A stretch of DNA of 64,000 bases, from NCBI GenBank assembly GCA_000708835.1, contig DF237055.1, positions 62,001 through 126,000 on the forward strand. The letters run 5' to 3'. This stretch comes from Klebsormidium nitens (lineage: Eukaryota; Plantae; Klebsormidiophyceae). How positions within the stretch are numbered: position 1 is the stretch's first letter; every line of letters starts with the position of its first letter. Positions 1 through 14,700 of the stretch are shown piece after piece. The position numbers were made by a program, and so were the translations under genes. The notes under the pieces were generated by a model. It was given only the letters and a program-made list of their open reading frames with translations. It was not told the origin of the DNA and searched no databases.

Positions 1-131
1 CACGTCAGCCCTTGCACAGTCTACACCGCAGCACAACGGAATAAACCCCGGGCCCAGTCAGATCAGCAGTCTTGTTTCAAAGATCAAACTTTCTTCCGTA
101 GAGACGGCTGAAGTCACAAGAAGTGTTGGAG

Positions 132-896
132 TCAATTGACCGAGTCAGCGAAATTGTTTTCCTTGTCAAGGCGTATTTTACTGTAGGGTAAACAAGATAC
201 GTTGAGATGACCGTTGTTTACTTGAACAAGCTATCTGCTCTCCTAGAAACAAAATTGAGCCGCAGATGCTCAAAGAGCGCTTAATCACCCTTTGAGCAGA
301 GAAAGCAGACTAGCAGATTGCGAGCAGCTTCCGAGTTCAAGTTGCCAGTCTATGATCTTGTGGTCCAAAACTCCTGAATGTCAGGCTACGAACCCATGCT
401 TTGCACAAAGTCTTGAAAGGCTTGAACAGAAGGTAAAAGCAGTTTTGCGATGCACTTATAGATTCATGCGCATACGAAATTGTTTCCTGAAGAACAAAGC
501 TGAGAAACTTCACTTGCATCTTTTGATGAATGCTCGTGACGTGAGCTTTTCGAGCTTACCCGTATGCTCTTGCTCGGCTTCAAGTTGTCCACACTTTCTG
601 CAATCGTCAAGTGGCAGCTCGGACTCCCGTCCTACTTGCTGACACTCACAGTTGCCCTTCTGACCATGTTCACCAGAGTCCTTATCCGCAGCACCATCTT
701 GTGAGGTCGGGACACGGTTTGACTTAGCGTCCGGACAAGGACCCCTCTTCTCATGACCACTTTCTGAACATACACGTCCCTCAGCGCCTTCCTTTATTCC
801 TCTCACAGAACTTTCGCCTTTCGACCGCTTCTCTAGTGCTGTCTGCGCTGGGTTGGAACCCTCCGCAGGTCGCTTCTGTCCACTTTCGGCCGCCAT
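132..896 (-). CDS. Hypothetical small protein (~143 aa, 2 exons: 896-514, 180-132)
   Basis: ATG at 896 (MAAESGQKRP...) lies in ORF 510..932. GTGAAG donor at 513, polypyrimidine/CAG acceptor at 181-183, in-frame second exon (NKIRLDKENNFADSVN*). No family recognised. Confidence 0.35.
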
Positions 897-2339
897 TGTT
901 CCTAACGCCGACTTCTCGATTTGAAGGATCATACTGATGCAGCCGCGGCCTCGCGGCCGGATCCGATCGCGTGCCAGGCCGCTCGCGGCCGCGCGGAGTC
1001 AGAGGTTTCAAGTTTCAATACACTTCCGAAGCTTTCAGGTTTACAGCAAGCGCGGCCGCGCGGTCATGGCGCCGCTTCTGAGGATGCAACTGAGGTGGCT
1101 AGCTAAGCGTGTATTAGAAGAAGTGACCATGCAAAACCCGCGGGGCAGAGTTTGATCACCACAGCTAATTCGATGCTTCAACTAATCGCTCTGGCATTGA
1201 TATGTCGGTTCAGTTTGATTGCGCTCGCCCCCGCGACGTACGCCCCTCATCAATACTAGCCTAATGGTCACTATACGGAGCTGACGTTATGAATTCAGCA
1301 CGACGGCCAGCCCCAATTCGATAGCTATATAAGAATCGTCTTTGAAAGCGGCATTTTTCGATTGCCGTATATAACTCTTGGCTTTTGAGTCCTCGGAGCC
1401 ACTCAAATTCCCATTTTCTTCACAATTCTGGCACATTTCGATCCTCCTCCGATCATCACTGAGTTGCTCGGGCTGGCCCAACGTAGTTTGTAACCAAGCT
1501 GCTTTCAATCTGCTACTTGACTATAAGCCTACATACGATCGAGAGGAGGACCGCTTGCGATTCCCGCGAATGCTAAGTAAGCAGTGACTGCATGAGCTGA
1601 TATTGTTCAATATGAATAATACTTCAACTAAAAGGTTCGGTAATGACAGCACAGTGACACTGCGCCGGCCGCCCGACTCACTTAAATGCACGCTGCCATA
1701 TGCAGCTAGCGCAGATCATCAAATGATTCCTTGCCGCAACTCACCTATAGGTAATCCAGTGAGCAGCCTGCCAGCGCGGCGCGCCGCAATCATCCTAACA
1801 TGATCGAAACGTACCGCGCGCGAAGTTGACTGCAGATTAGAGCTAGAGGGGCGCGCTAACTTAATTCTGTATGTATGCAGTCCAACCAGCACATTGCCCA
1901 CTGAACTTTCCGTGCACCATGCAAACTTGTACTCAGGCTCAGGCGGGGACGCGCAATTTCAAATTTGCCCACGCAAAGTCTCATTCAGAAGACAAGTACG
2001 GCATTACCTCGCGAGGCGGCGGCAGCCCGGCTCAGCGGCTTCCACAATTCCACCATCCGTCACGTGCATATGCATGGTACTATAGCAGCTGAGATTGGAT
2101 CCAAGCGAGAAAGATCTGAGCTGCTCGTACGGTGAAATTTGGGATTGGCTCTCGGGCTTCAAGTTGTTCTAATCCGTCACCTTATAGAGGTCAGAGCGTT
2201 TGACCACAAGCGGAACACCGAGATAAGGCACAACCTGAGTTGTACGTCTCACTTAACATGCTATTTACTCACGTATTCTCCTCAAGCCGTTTCAAGCCCA
2301 AACACAACGCAACACGATCAGAAGCGATGCTGAGAACCA

Positions 2340-5300
2340 TCATTGCTGCTGCCACAAGTTTGCACCTGAAAAGTACAGATCCCTTACTTTCATACTAGGC
2401 TGTATGCGGTACTCTTCTGACATGACCAGCTTGCTATACCTAGAGTACAACTTGGCAGAAACCGCAACCGGTTCTCCTTCTGTGGAAAGAGGGAAAGCTT
2501 CTCGCCCGCTTTGGAACCGCTCGGTTAGGGCCACCCAGCTAACCCAAAACTCGCGCAAGTCAATGAGCTTGTTAGTCTTAACGGCTTCCTTCAGGCGGTC
2601 GACCAGAAGGGCCATGCGGGGCAGATAGTAACCGCCGACTAAACCGCTCCATTCCTTGTTAGCTGCGACAATGACGACAAGTACGTGTCAGAGGATGGTA
2701 CGCGCCAAGAGTAGGACCGAAAGTAAGCGGCCAACGGACCATGATGTGCAAGCACGGGTACACAAAAGCCGCCATTTTGTTTTAATCGAAGCCGAATGAG
2801 TCACTGCGGCACGCCTTTCCGGGGAGGCGTACTCAAAAGGCGTGCATCCGTTCGGTTGCTGTGTCAGAGAAAGCGACAACGGCACGGAATACTGACATCG
2901 TGATTAAGCCTATGCACTCTAAGCATGCCGAAGCTTCTCGCTCGCAGCACTACAACCAGGGTAACAACACCATTCATAATGCCAGGCTTGCGCCTCTGCA
3001 AGAAGACGTGATCGGCGTCCGATTCGCAGTCTATATCACTACCATGGCGGAAGATTATGGAGGAGACTATGAACCGAAAGGCTTGAACTCAGAGGGAAAC
3101 AGCTCGGAACCTGATTGAAGAGCAACGCTTCACGTACCGTAATCGTGCAGGGTGCTCGGCAAGCTGGCTGTCGCGTCGAACCACATTGTCAGCTGCGTGC
3201 GGGCGTTCCATTCCAACTGCGAGGTCGAGCGCAGCTTTTCAATGGTGCAGGTCAAACAGGCGAAGGAAAATAGCAACTGCGAAACCGGAGACTTCTTCCT
3301 TTTAGCTAAAGTGGAACCCTGTTAAAAGTGTGGTGTTGTGACCTTCACTACCGTTGACGTAAAGCTATTTACAGGTCCACTGTAGACGCAAGGTTGGGTT
3401 CCAAGATCCTACGGATACATCGGGGCATACGAAAGTTCGAACTGGCCTCCCATGAGATCTGACGTTTCAGATGAGTAAAAGCCATTTATTCGAGACAGGG
3501 ATCCGCATCGCTTCGGAAACCCTCCCGGGTATCTTTCAGCAGACCTTCATCTTCGAACGTCAGGTCAGCATTCGCTGTGCTCAGTTCCATAAAACACCTC
3601 CCCATCCGCAGCACTTCCCTTATTCTGGAGACTGTCCAAAAGTAGCGTCTAGATGGAGTGCTTCCTCCCCGAGGATCAATGAGGTTGTAGCAGAATTTCC
3701 CGGCAGCTTCTCAAACACTGACAATCGTTCTCGGGTTCCGTGTTCCCTTAATGACATCCCAACCTTGACCACGCTTCAAAGTCGATAACTTCAATACATT
3801 TTGAAGTCATTGACAGGAACGGTCCACTTGGGACGCCAAATCTGTTCCCACTTTGACAGTGCACGTCAAAGTAACGGGTTATATAGTTTTGGAAGCTGAG
3901 ACTCACCAGCTGTTTCTCTTCGTCAGTTTGCCCCCACGCTTTCGCCGCCTCGAGCCACGGGCCCAAGAGAAACTCCTCCCGCGTCCGTAGTACTTCCTCC
4001 ATGTCCGAAATCGTCCGCAGCAGAACTTCGCCCTGTTTGGACACGCCGGCGGCGTCCGAATCCGCGTACGCGTCCAAGAGGCGCTCGAAGACGGCGTTCG
4101 CGAACTTGGACAGGACCTGGCGGGTGACGTCAACCAGGTCGTACCTGACGTCAGCAAAGGGCAATGTTGGATTTCGTAAGGGAGTCTATGGAAGGAGCTT
4201 ATTCGGACGCTTTCAAGAAGGGGCTTCGGAATATTTTCAAAAAGGAGCGCCGGATGCGTTGAACCGCGATCGTTGCATGGCTGCAAATGGTTGGTGACGT
4301 AAGCGGAATGGTGCAGAATACGACGTCGTCAGCAAAAGACAGGTCGTGGCGTGCTCACGGAAAGACTTTGTCCTCGGTAGCGGACAGCAGGCAAGTCAAC
4401 GCTGCGTGCACAGACGTACAACAACAGTAAACCAGAAAGGATCGGACCGAAACAAGGAATGCGTGAAAGCAAAGAGCGCATGGCCACGACTCCTCCATTT
4501 CTGATGAGGGACGTCATGGGGAGCTCACAGGAAAGGCCGGCTACGGTTCAGGTCCTGGACTGCGGGAGCACGATTCGCGGCAATACAACCGTTGCGGAAG
4601 AGAACGAATCAAACCGGAACAAACCTTCTGAAAATACAGACAACGCAAAAACGATTGGAAAAGATCACATCAAGGCGAGCTCACAGGAACGGCCGGCTAC
4701 GGTGCAGGTCCTCGGCTGCGGACAGCAGGCGGTTCAAGGACTTTCGATTGCAGAACAAACCAGACCAAACCGGGTCAAGAAAAAACCCAGCGAACAAAGC
4801 TTGGGTAACGAGAGCTCAAACAAGATTCGTCACGAAGAGCTGACAGGAAGAGCATGACGTCATGGCGAGCTCACAGGAAGGGCCGGCTGAGGTGTAGGTC
4901 CTCAGCTGCGGACAACAGGTGCTTCCAGGCAGCCAGGACGTCCGCGGCGGGGTACCAGAGGTGCGGCGCAGGGGCGTGCAGCAGGCGGCGCGGGTTGGTG
5001 GGCGAGACGGCTAGGTGGGGAAACCATGTAACCACGTCCAGGTTGTGGTCCTGCGCAAAAGAAAATGGCTCATGAGTTGACAATGTTTATTGTCTCTTTT
5101 CAGTGTTTGAAATAAGAGTGTAGGCGGCACGGGTTGTGGGCAAGACGGCAGGTAAAACATACGTGAAAAGGTTGTTGGTAAGTTGATGTCGTCCCTTTTG
5201 AGATCTTTGCTCCTTGTCCGTTACTGAACGCTTTTGTTGATGCCAGTTGAACTTAACCTGCCGAAGCTGCAACTTGGGATGCCTATCCGCGAGTGTTCAA

Positions 5301-8300
5301 AACCCCTCCCGAGTCGGACAAATAGGGTAAAAGGTGGCCGGCTTTTCCAAACTGAGCCCGGCCTTCAATCTTTAAAACACTGCTCAGTATTCGACTGACT
5401 TCAGACTGAAACTTCAGCGGCCACGTGCATTTTGTCATATCCCCTCGAGTGAGTTGCACGCATCAAACTTCAGTCGTCAGTTAGCAAGATTAGGCTTGGG
5501 CGCATGGTGTGGCCACCGAACGCGAGGAGACAATTCGAACTCGCCAAAGTGCTCTCCAATTGGAAAGGCAAGGGCTTGCACGTCCTCACCGCATGCCCGT
5601 CGGTGCTGTTGTACACCGTCCGGCGAAGCAGGTCCCAGGCGGCGCGGGCGTCCGGATGGTCGCGTCCGTACCGCCGGACGGCGTACGAACCCACCCACTC
5701 CTGTACGGACGGCAAAGTCTTTCAAGGTTTCGCTTCTGAGAACCCGCCAGGATAGTCAAGGAGCGAAAGAAATAAAGGGGAAAGGAGCTCAAAAGCCAGG
5801 ATGCTGTGGTTGTACGCCCTTGTGTTCCACAATCACTGTAGGAAAGACAGAGAGCGTGGAGAATCAAGGAGCGGGGTAAAGGATGCCAAAACGAGCGAGA
5901 AAGCGAGGCTGCTTCGGCCGTACTTTTTTGCTGGATGCGTGTTGCCCGACAAAATGATGTTTTCTCTCATGAGGAGAGTCTGGGGGACTTTTCGAGCAGA
6001 CGAGAATAGGGGGTTGTTGTTCAGAGGAGACGAGGTTGGGGGGAAGTTCCTTAGAGGAGTATCTACGGTTCCACCCCCACACAGGCTGCTGTTGGCGTCC
6101 AAAAATAAATCGGGATACTCGATGAAGGATTTTCGGTCCTGGTGGGAAGCGGATTGTACATACAAACCAGTCAAGCTAGAGAAAGCAGAACGCACCGCAT
6201 TAGATGGAACAGACGCCGTTTACACAGTCAAAACCCTCCACGTACATCAACTCAGCAGCAAGCAAAAGAGCAGAAATTTTGGAATGGATAGATGTCTTCG
6301 ACAAGTACTGAAACCAATTAAGAAAGAGACTAGGAATGAATATGGAGCAGAGATGCATCCCAACCTCCACGTGCACCGGCTCATGCCGATACGTTATCTC
6401 TGACATCAGCTCGTAAGCCACCGGGTTGTGCTCGATGCCCTCCATGCAGAGGCCCACGCCCACCATGGTGCTGTTGGGCGCGTTTCGGGCGACCACGGGC
6501 CCGTGAACGACGGCCTCGAGGTCGCCGTACATTTCTAAGTTGCCCCCGAAGTTGTGAAGCATGCACCTGGAAAGAGAATGGTTTGATGCAGATACCTGAA
6601 ATGCGCTCTGGATTGCAGCACGTAAGAGTGTATGTGGCTCTTGCGATGGCAACGTGCACGTTCCGCGGTGATCGAAACGAAGAGAGTTGGGGCCACAGAT
6701 TTCCAGATTTAAACGGCGCCCTTCAAAATCATATGTGGATGCTCAATACTAGCACGAGAGCCTCTGTCTTGGATAGGTACAGGAAGCATCTTGCACACAA
6801 GCACTGCCTGAATGATGATTTTTGGACTTCAACGGTTCCAACAAGAAATCATAGAATCTACGAAAGAACAGCCCCGGATCTCGTGAGCAGATCCCGTCGG
6901 ATATCCGACCTGGAGAAACCCGACTAGACACTTTACCAACTTCTACCTCGTGTGTCCAGTCAAAGTGAACGTTTTCCTCACCAAATGAACGGGACCCCGT
7001 AAAACGACTCGCTCCGCTGCCAGACCGGATGCACGTCCGCAAACAGGTCCAGGACGATCATTCGGTCCCTTGGGACAGCGTTAAGAAGGGCCTTCATCTG
7101 AGGGGGCCGCCAGTAGGCCGCGTCGTTGAAGAAGAGCCACCCCTGCATCAGCCAAATTGCCTGCGTGCCACGTGGCAATGTATGAGCCGTTGGATTAAAA
7201 AAGAGAGAGCAGCTTACTACTCGGTTTGGCCGCGTCGCTGAAAGAAGAGCCGCCCCTGTATCAGCCAGATTGCCTGCAGTGCCACGTGGCGGTTTTCAGC
7301 CGTTGAATGAAGAAAGAAAAGAAGGGACCGCCAGTAGGCCGCGTCGTTGAAGAATAGCCAGCGATAAGGCCTGCAGTGCCACGTGGCAATGTGTAACCCG
7401 TTAGATGGGAGAAAGAAGAGAATAGCTGACGACTAATTTGTGCTGTAGCTTTGGAGAACAAGCCAGCCCTGCGTCAACCGCACAGCCTGCCAAACTACCG
7501 GACAAAGTGTGAACGATTCGACCCAATTAGAACTGGGTTCGAAGATTGTAGGTCAGCCAACATCCGGCCGGTGGTTGACATATTACCTCAATGCGGACGT
7601 GGTCAATCCTCAACGGTGACTCTTGTGATTACTCAAATGCCCTGGATTGTAAGCTGGCCCGCCTTGAGTAGCTCGGTGTCATTCAGAAAACGAGCATATG
7701 AAGAGTTAAGGGGATTAATAAAGAGTATCGAGACAAGGCTTGTACTTTCGTCTCGAGAAGCTCGCGCTTCGCGGTACAATCGTGCCTTAGACCCTTTGAA
7801 CAGGTTAAACCTTCTTTAACGACATTTGTACTTGCTTTTATCCTAGACCATAAACAGACCCCGCACGCCTTCGCCTTCGTGACAGCACAGTAAGCCGTTA
7901 GGAATCAATCTTTTCACGTCCTTCGAGATACGATCAACGGTTTGAATATCAATTGTCTAGAAATCCGTTCTCCCTCCAGACGTCAAAACCTATTGAAAGT
8001 AGTAGCAATCATGCTTACGGTAGGATCTGCCGCCCGCATGCCTTCGAAGGTCGACTCCGCTATCGCAGCAATGTAAGCCGGTTCATCCGTCGGGGGCGCA
8101 TTCTCGTTGAACGTGTCGCAATTGTACACGTGATCCGTCCCGTACTCTGCGACTTGCGCCTCAATGAACGCCCGGCCGATGCGCGCAAAAAGCGGGTCGG
8201 AGCCGTCGAGAATGAAGTCGCAGCAGTATTTTGGGTCCGCCGTGACGCTGCCCCTGCAGACGAATGGAAATGTGCCCCGTGTCAAAGAGGTTCGACGCTC

Positions 8301-9240
8301 AGTAGGTGTTGTCACATGTTTACTGGGTCGCAGATAGACGACCAGATGACGTCTATGGAGTGCCAGGGTGACAAGTTTCGAACGTAGGGGTCAAGGAAAA
8401 AAAGCATCATGAAACGAGGAGGTTGGGGCTAGTATGATGAAAACAGAGTCTCATGGGATAAGGGCTTTAGAGCTCGTCCAATAATTCTACGGGGTATAAG
8501 TTCATGATCGACGAGGTTCGACGCCGATTTTCTGACCGTCAAATATATGGTGTCACGCCACAGGACAGCAGCTTGTTGCAACGAAGCCGCTGAGTTTGAT
8601 GCTTCATTAAAGCAGTACTTATTGAGTCAGCAGGTGGAACTGCTGCGTAAGCAATATCAACGGTGTCGTAACCCTGTCGTCGTCCACAACTTAGCAACAC
8701 CTCAAGACGACTCCAACTGCTTATGAAGATGCAAATGCGGGCCGTTTTCTTGAAAGACCAGAGACTTTGTCTTCGGACCTTTTCGTTAAAAAGGAGCGTG
8801 CAAGCAGAAACTCGAAAGTGCTTATCATCATCGTGAAATCTCACCAGTCTCCCAGTCGGCGGATCTTGGCGTCTGGGAAGTGCTTCTGCAGGGCGCCCGG
8901 TACTCCGCCGGCAAAGGCTGGAAGAACTGCGACGAAAACAAGATGGAACCTCTGGGAATAGGCTCTTTGTTTGACATTTATGCGTGACTGGAAGAAGCAC
9001 TGATGAACTTCCGTCGCGTGATGCCCCATAGGGGTAGCAAAAGCGGACGGTCCGAGAAGGCTGTCAGGTTTGGCTCGTCCTAGAGAGCTCTTTAATGAGT
9101 GGACTTTTCTGCCAAAAGGTGCGGATAAAGCATGCCTCAGAAAAGTCTACCGTTGATGTTGCAAGAAGTCACCTAGCTTAACGAGGATCGACATGAAGCC
9201 ACGTGAAGCGGCCAAGCCCTTTGCGTAAGCGAAGACATAA

Positions 9241-9272
<32 letters not shown>

Positions 9273-11289
9273 ATTCCTGTCCCTGTTCTTTGGCGAACAA
9301 GTCCAATCCAAGGCAACAGCTTCGACGAGTATGTGGACAGCCTACTTCCAAAGCTTCAAATACTAAGGCGGAAAGAAAGAGCCTATCACTGTGTGAAGCT
9401 CGCCGAAAATCAGATGTTGTACGACAAGTGCTCTGCTCCTCTCAGCATGTGCTTTCTCGACTTCACTTCAACTTGCAATCAACGAAAAGTTGACCTTGTA
9501 TGATGTTTCAGAGAAACCCACAATAAATGTTGCATTGACCTTTCTTCCAGAATTTGAAGTCCCTACTGTCGAAGCTTACCTGGCGTCATCCCGAGCTCCC
9601 TCATCCGTTGAAGTATTTTCTTTTGCAGTGCCAGCTGTCCATCCAGCCAGCTTTGAGGAAGTGGCCCGCCCCACGCTTGTAAGTTGGCCATGCGCGCCCA
9701 TGCCAGAAAAGCAGGGCCGCCAAAGAAATTGCTGAGGTCAGCGTCTGTGAGGCCAAACTCCGGACTCTGCAATGCGACACGTGGGCAGCATCAGCGCTTG
9801 GAATGTCTGAGGAGATGCAGACCTGTAATATGCAACGTCAGAACCTCACTCAAATCTATCCAAACCAACAAACAGCGGTCTTTTTGCAATGGACGGTCGA
9901 ATGAAATACTTTTCCAGTTGTCAGTATGCTCACGTTTTTGATCCTTCAGGTGTGTCAGGTGCTGTATCACTCTTAAAGATAATAAATGACTTGTCCATCA
10001 CTCAGCTATCGTTGGTAGCTCAGAGACTTCGAACTTACGGTATAGACTTTCTGCCAGATGGTCTCCTGCCCCGTAAACGCCAGCGGCAAGTTGATGCCTT
10101 GTAGGGCCATCCAATCTGAATCAAGAAGAGGGAAAGAGTTCGTTTAAGACAAAGTCCACAGAAAAACGCAGTCAATGACAAGACACCACTCTGTGGGAAG
10201 TTGAAGGGATTAACTTATCATGTTTTGTGAGGGCCAAGGGTCAGTCCAGGTGATGTCAACTTCTTCAAAAGGCAAAGATGTAGAGGACCTGTCTGCTATT
10301 CAAGGGTGTTTCTGAAGTTCCCGTTACTCGTGCCCTTTGAATCCTTGTATGATTTCGCCACACCTTTCACAAGACAAAGAAAAAGACAGTGTGAATGTCA
10401 CTCTGGCTAAAGCATCTGCCCCCCAATATAGTACAGTATATAAGAGTTTTTTTTCTCTTCAATCAAGAAAGAAACATTCTGTTGACCAAGACTTTCTCAA
10501 CGCTTTCAAGACATCAGTGGTCGACAGCATCAAATTTAAAGTTTGCGGAAGCGACCAATACGTGAATTGCCCTTTGCAAGATTGATGGCAGGGTGGTGGC
10601 ACCTCATCACAAGGGAAGAAGTAGGAACAATTGAGAATCTGTCTGACCTTTTGTGTCTTTTGCACATTCTCACCTATTTCCTTCTCCCACCGCGCCCAAT
10701 CCCACCAGACCATGGAGTAGCTTACTGTGCATACGTTCTGGTAGTAGCTCCACTTGACAGGGCGGACGACTCTGACTGACTGCCCAACCTTTGGCAGGTT
10801 CCCGCTCAAAGTATGCTGCTTAATGCTCTCCAGTTGAGACCCCCCAGTTTTTTCCCAAGACACGTGCGCTCCACAATTGTTCTTCAGGTAGTAGTGCAAT
10901 CCTGCTGCAATATCCACTCCTGATGACCCCCTGATTCTCACCTGGCTGGTCGTGTTTGTCAGACTGTATGACTGTGTATTCAAGCCCTGTTGAGCAGCTA
11001 CATTGCTGATGTCAAAACACGCAGCGCCGCCACACTCTTCTTCTGAAAGAAACTCCAAATGAAACAATGCAGCCAAGTCAGGAAGCAGTCGTTTGACCAG
11101 AGCCTCTGCCGCTGCTAGCTGGACCTTCTCATTCTTCAATGGATGCAGAATGATGGCATCGCTCATGCTAGACAATCCAATAGCATGCCCTTCTGATCCT
11201 CCCTCAGATTGTGTCGCGCTGGGCAAAACCGCTGAATGGAACACGACCACAAGAAAGACTCCCAGCAGCCAAAATTGTTTGCCCGCCAT
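2340..11289 (-). CDS. NAGLU: Alpha-N-acetylglucosaminidase (GH89), secreted/vacuolar; ~11 exons
   Basis: Signal-peptide-like start [16 protein letters not shown] at 11289. Exons give [24 protein letters not shown]|[95 protein letters not shown] and [12 protein letters not shown], ending at TGA 2342-2340. Both expected catalytic Glu motifs are present. Confidence 0.95.
4521..4730 (-). repeat. Two degenerate copies of a NAGLU exon 3' end plus its 5' splice site, inside the downstream intron
   Basis: gagctcacaggaa.ggccggct..ggt.caggtcct at 4521 and 4677 match the real junction at 4867-4915. Confidence 0.85.
7227..7400 (-). repeat. Two degenerate copies of a NAGLU 3' splice site plus exon start ([13 protein letters not shown]), in the upstream intron
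   Basis: gccacgtggcactgcag|GC... copies at ~7230-7290 and ~7325-7395 match the real acceptor at 7161-7163. Confidence 0.85.
9241..9276 (+). repeat. (GTGTTC)5 microsatellite in a NAGLU intron
   Basis: Five perfect hexamers followed by GTATTC. Confidence 0.95.
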
Positions 11290-11508
11290 GGCCGCGACTT
11301 TACTCAATCCACAAGGCCAGCTACGTGAGACTTGTCTTGCACGAATCTGATTGAGCTGCAGAACCATGCAGGCACACGTGAATTCTCACAAACTTAACAT
11401 ACGGTACTGCAGATCACACAGGGCGTTGCACAATGCATGCCTAGCTCTCGAAAAGGTTTTCTGAAGAAGCTTGCAAGGGTGGCGGCCCCCCTGCAGCGCT
11501 GCTTCATA

Positions 11509-11542
11509 TTAGGGTTTCGAGGGTCTAGTAAAATTAGGGTTT
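11509..11542. promoter_or_regulatory. Two telo-box-like motifs (TTAGGGTTT) in the NAGLU/MinC divergent promoter
   Basis: ttagggttt at 11509-11517 and 11534-11542, between two head-to-head ATGs (11289 and 11706). Confidence 0.5.
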
Positions 11543-11705
11543 ATGCATCTGAACGCCACAACTTGGCACAAGTTTTGCAAGCTGCCTTGAAGAAACCAGC
11601 TTTCCTTTGAATGCACATTGCTTTTGATATCAGCAGCTTTGCAAGGGTCGACTTAGGGGCGCTTAACTAAGCTGAGGGTGTCAGTTACTGCAACCAAAAT
11701 CCACA

Positions 11706-14700
11706 ATGCAGGTGGTCGCACAGGACTCTGCTCTGATGGGGAGCGGCGGCATTGCCTTTCGAAAAGGCGTGTCCGCTTTTTCATTGCAGGCTTCTCAGGA
11801 GGTCAGATGCCCCATATTAACACCCGCATCATGCTCCCTCCATTCCCAAAAATACATGACGTCAGCATGGCTTGGAAACCCTCAAGGGCATAGGAACAAC
11901 TCGGTATTTGACCTCAACCCTTCATCGGTCTGCGACTTGAACCAAAGTTGGCCAGCTCTGCTTAGGCGGTCCAAATGCAGACGGCGGCCTGGACCAATCA
12001 AAGCATCTGCTTATCCGAACTCCGACCCTGACTCTTCTCCCAACGGTGCCTCATCTCCATTCAGCTCTGCCTCCAATCCAAACCCAAACTCTGAATCCAG
12101 CCTACGAGAAGCAGTGCTCCAATTGAAAACCGAGCAGCAAAACCTGCGGTTAGTTTCAGAACAGCCGTCCACAAGACCAGCTTGGGAGGTCGGGGTGAGG
12201 TCAGCGAAGAGTGGGCCATCAAATGGGATCACGCTCATACGGAGGACAGTGCGGGGGGGGCAGACGGAGGATCATCCAGGGACGGTGGTGGTGAGAAATT
12301 CCGGGCCTTCCAGCTTGCATTCATTGGCTGTGACCCGTAACACAGGTTTCCCCATGATACACAAGGATGCTGCCACCGAGCGTGTTGCAGCACCAAGCAA
12401 GTTGTCATTCCTCAAAGAGACTCAAAATGAGCTTCGGGTCCAGTCCTCTCCCAAGCACTTCATTGAGTGTCGCCCTCCCTTGCTTCAACATTCTTCTGCA
12501 CACGTGCTGAGTAACCCCATCCCTACGGATTGCCCCTTCCTTGTATGTCCGGCTGGCCTTGATTGGTTGTAAGGTACAGTGAAGGTTCGCAGAACGGTTA
12601 CAGGCGCTGCCATTGAGCATATCACAGCAACAGACTGTCGACGCTCTGATAGATTCAGCTTCCATGCATCCATCTCCCAACCTACTTAAGTTCCACCCTC
12701 TCACTTCAAGCAGCTCCTGTATCTTCGCTCCCATTGGCTGGGTGACCCCACCCTCAAAACCTCCCCTTCTGATACCACAACGCGCATGTCTTGCACCCAA
12801 ACATACCACATGTCTTTTGTCGCCCCACTTTGCATTGGCCCCTCAATACTGACGCAGGTCTTTGGCGACGTCAACCGGCAGAGCGTCATCTCAGCCGGCG
12901 GTGACATCATTGTTTGGGGACGCCTGCGGGGAGAGGCCCATGCTGGCAAGTTTGGGGATCGGAAAAGCGTCATCTGCGCACTTGATATGGCCCCCACAAA
13001 ACTGAACATAGCCGACAAAGTTGCGTACGGACCAGAGGGGAAGGGGTCGCACTATCCGGAGGTTGCGAGCATTGATGCGGGGGGAAACATACAGTGAGGC
13101 TCTAGCTCGCTTTGGCATTTGTTCCTGGGTCTCTGATGTAAGAAAGAAGAATTATTTTCTTCTCGCATCTAATCGTGAAATGTTTGTTGTTGGAGTTGCT
13201 TCCGGAAGAAATGAAAGGATATTCGACATCAGTCAGGCAAATTTTGAGATAGCATCTGCCTGATTGATGAACATCAGGTTTTGATCTGCTTGCTGTGGTA
13301 TGTCAGAGCTTCAGTCTTCAGGACCTGTATGAGAGGCTCTCCGTTTCTGCCCCTCCTCTTTATCAGGATAATTTCGCAGCCGCCCTCAGGATGGTTGCAG
13401 ATTTGCAGTCACACTGTACTTATCACTGAAGAACACAAATCTTTCATCGAGAAGCTGACTGAGAGAAATTTTTGGAAGTTGCATTTATTCCACGCTTCTT
13501 TCGCCCCTTATCCACCATTCTCGTCTTCACATTATGTTTGACTCCTTATAGTTCACGGGACTCTGACAAGCCGCATCTCTTTCTCACCTTGCAGGATCGA
13601 GCCATCCCTCTTCTACCAGAATCCTGCCGGCCAAAGTGGCGCCAACCGCTCTAAAGACGGCCACACACCTCTGACCAAGCCCGCTTGGGCCGCACTGTTT
13701 ACTGGGGCGTACATCTCGGTCGTCGGTTTGGCCGTGTTACTATGGCCTGTCAAGCTCTTCGGGCTTCTGTTCAACGTGAAGTCAATTAGCCCGGGGTGGA
13801 TTCGAGTCGGGGGCGTGCTGGCCATGGTAAGAAGCGATCACACCTGACTCTTTGATTTCCAAGTCAGTACTCAGGTCGATGGGTTCTGAGATCGCTAAAT
13901 CTCCTGCAGACTTGCCTGGTAGAAGCCATGACCTACAGAAACTCGAGAAGCCTCCAAAAGGATGATCCACCGAACCTTTCAATGAGTCACGACGAGTCAA
14001 TTTTCGAGCCCGAACATCTTTCTCTCTTTGTAGGTGGAAGTTCGATGATACAAACAGGCCTCTTGTCAGTCCTTCCCGTCGACCCTTGGTATTGAAGAAT
14101 ATTTCTGCGTCTCTGAGTGTCGAATGCGTCCCAACGTAAAGCTAGGAATCGGGGCAGGTTGGTCTACAAACTGCACTACCGCTCCTGTTCAGAATGTGGA
14201 AGGTTCCATTCCGTAAGACGGTGATTTTTCGCAATTGAGAAGTAAGAATTGCGTCCTCTCTCAAGTTTTTAGTGCCTACTATTTGTGGACCCCCCTGCTG
14301 GCTCTACTAGGACTCCGCGAGGGGGCTTTTTCTGGTGCTTGTAATGATACGATCCCTCACCAAACTATTCAAGTTTGCGGCTTGTATCAGATTCTGGTGC
14401 CTACTATTAATCACCCCCCTGCTGGTCCACCCAGGACGCGCGGACGCTCTGATTGATCTTTGCTCAATCTAGTTGAGTTCGTCCAGCAAACCAAGCAAAG
14501 TTGCGTCTTCTTGCAGGTATTCGGTGCCTACTATTTGGGGACCCCCCTGCTGGCCCAACAAGGCCTAGGCGCAGAGGCGTTCTACTGGTCCACCGTCGTT
14601 GGCCGCGTGTTTCTCTTCACCGCTTTCTGCTTACTGGTCGCCCTTCGGCTTGCGCAACCGGGGCTGCTTGTGGTCAGTCCACTTTCCGTATCGTTTCCGA

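Noticed and set aside
5801-6403. 200-aa plus-strand ORF and many similar ORFs in the track (e.g. 21302-22066, 34836-35333, 39099-39758, 58295-58780)
   Set aside because: They are antisense or intronic to well-supported spliced genes and lack recognisable motifs.
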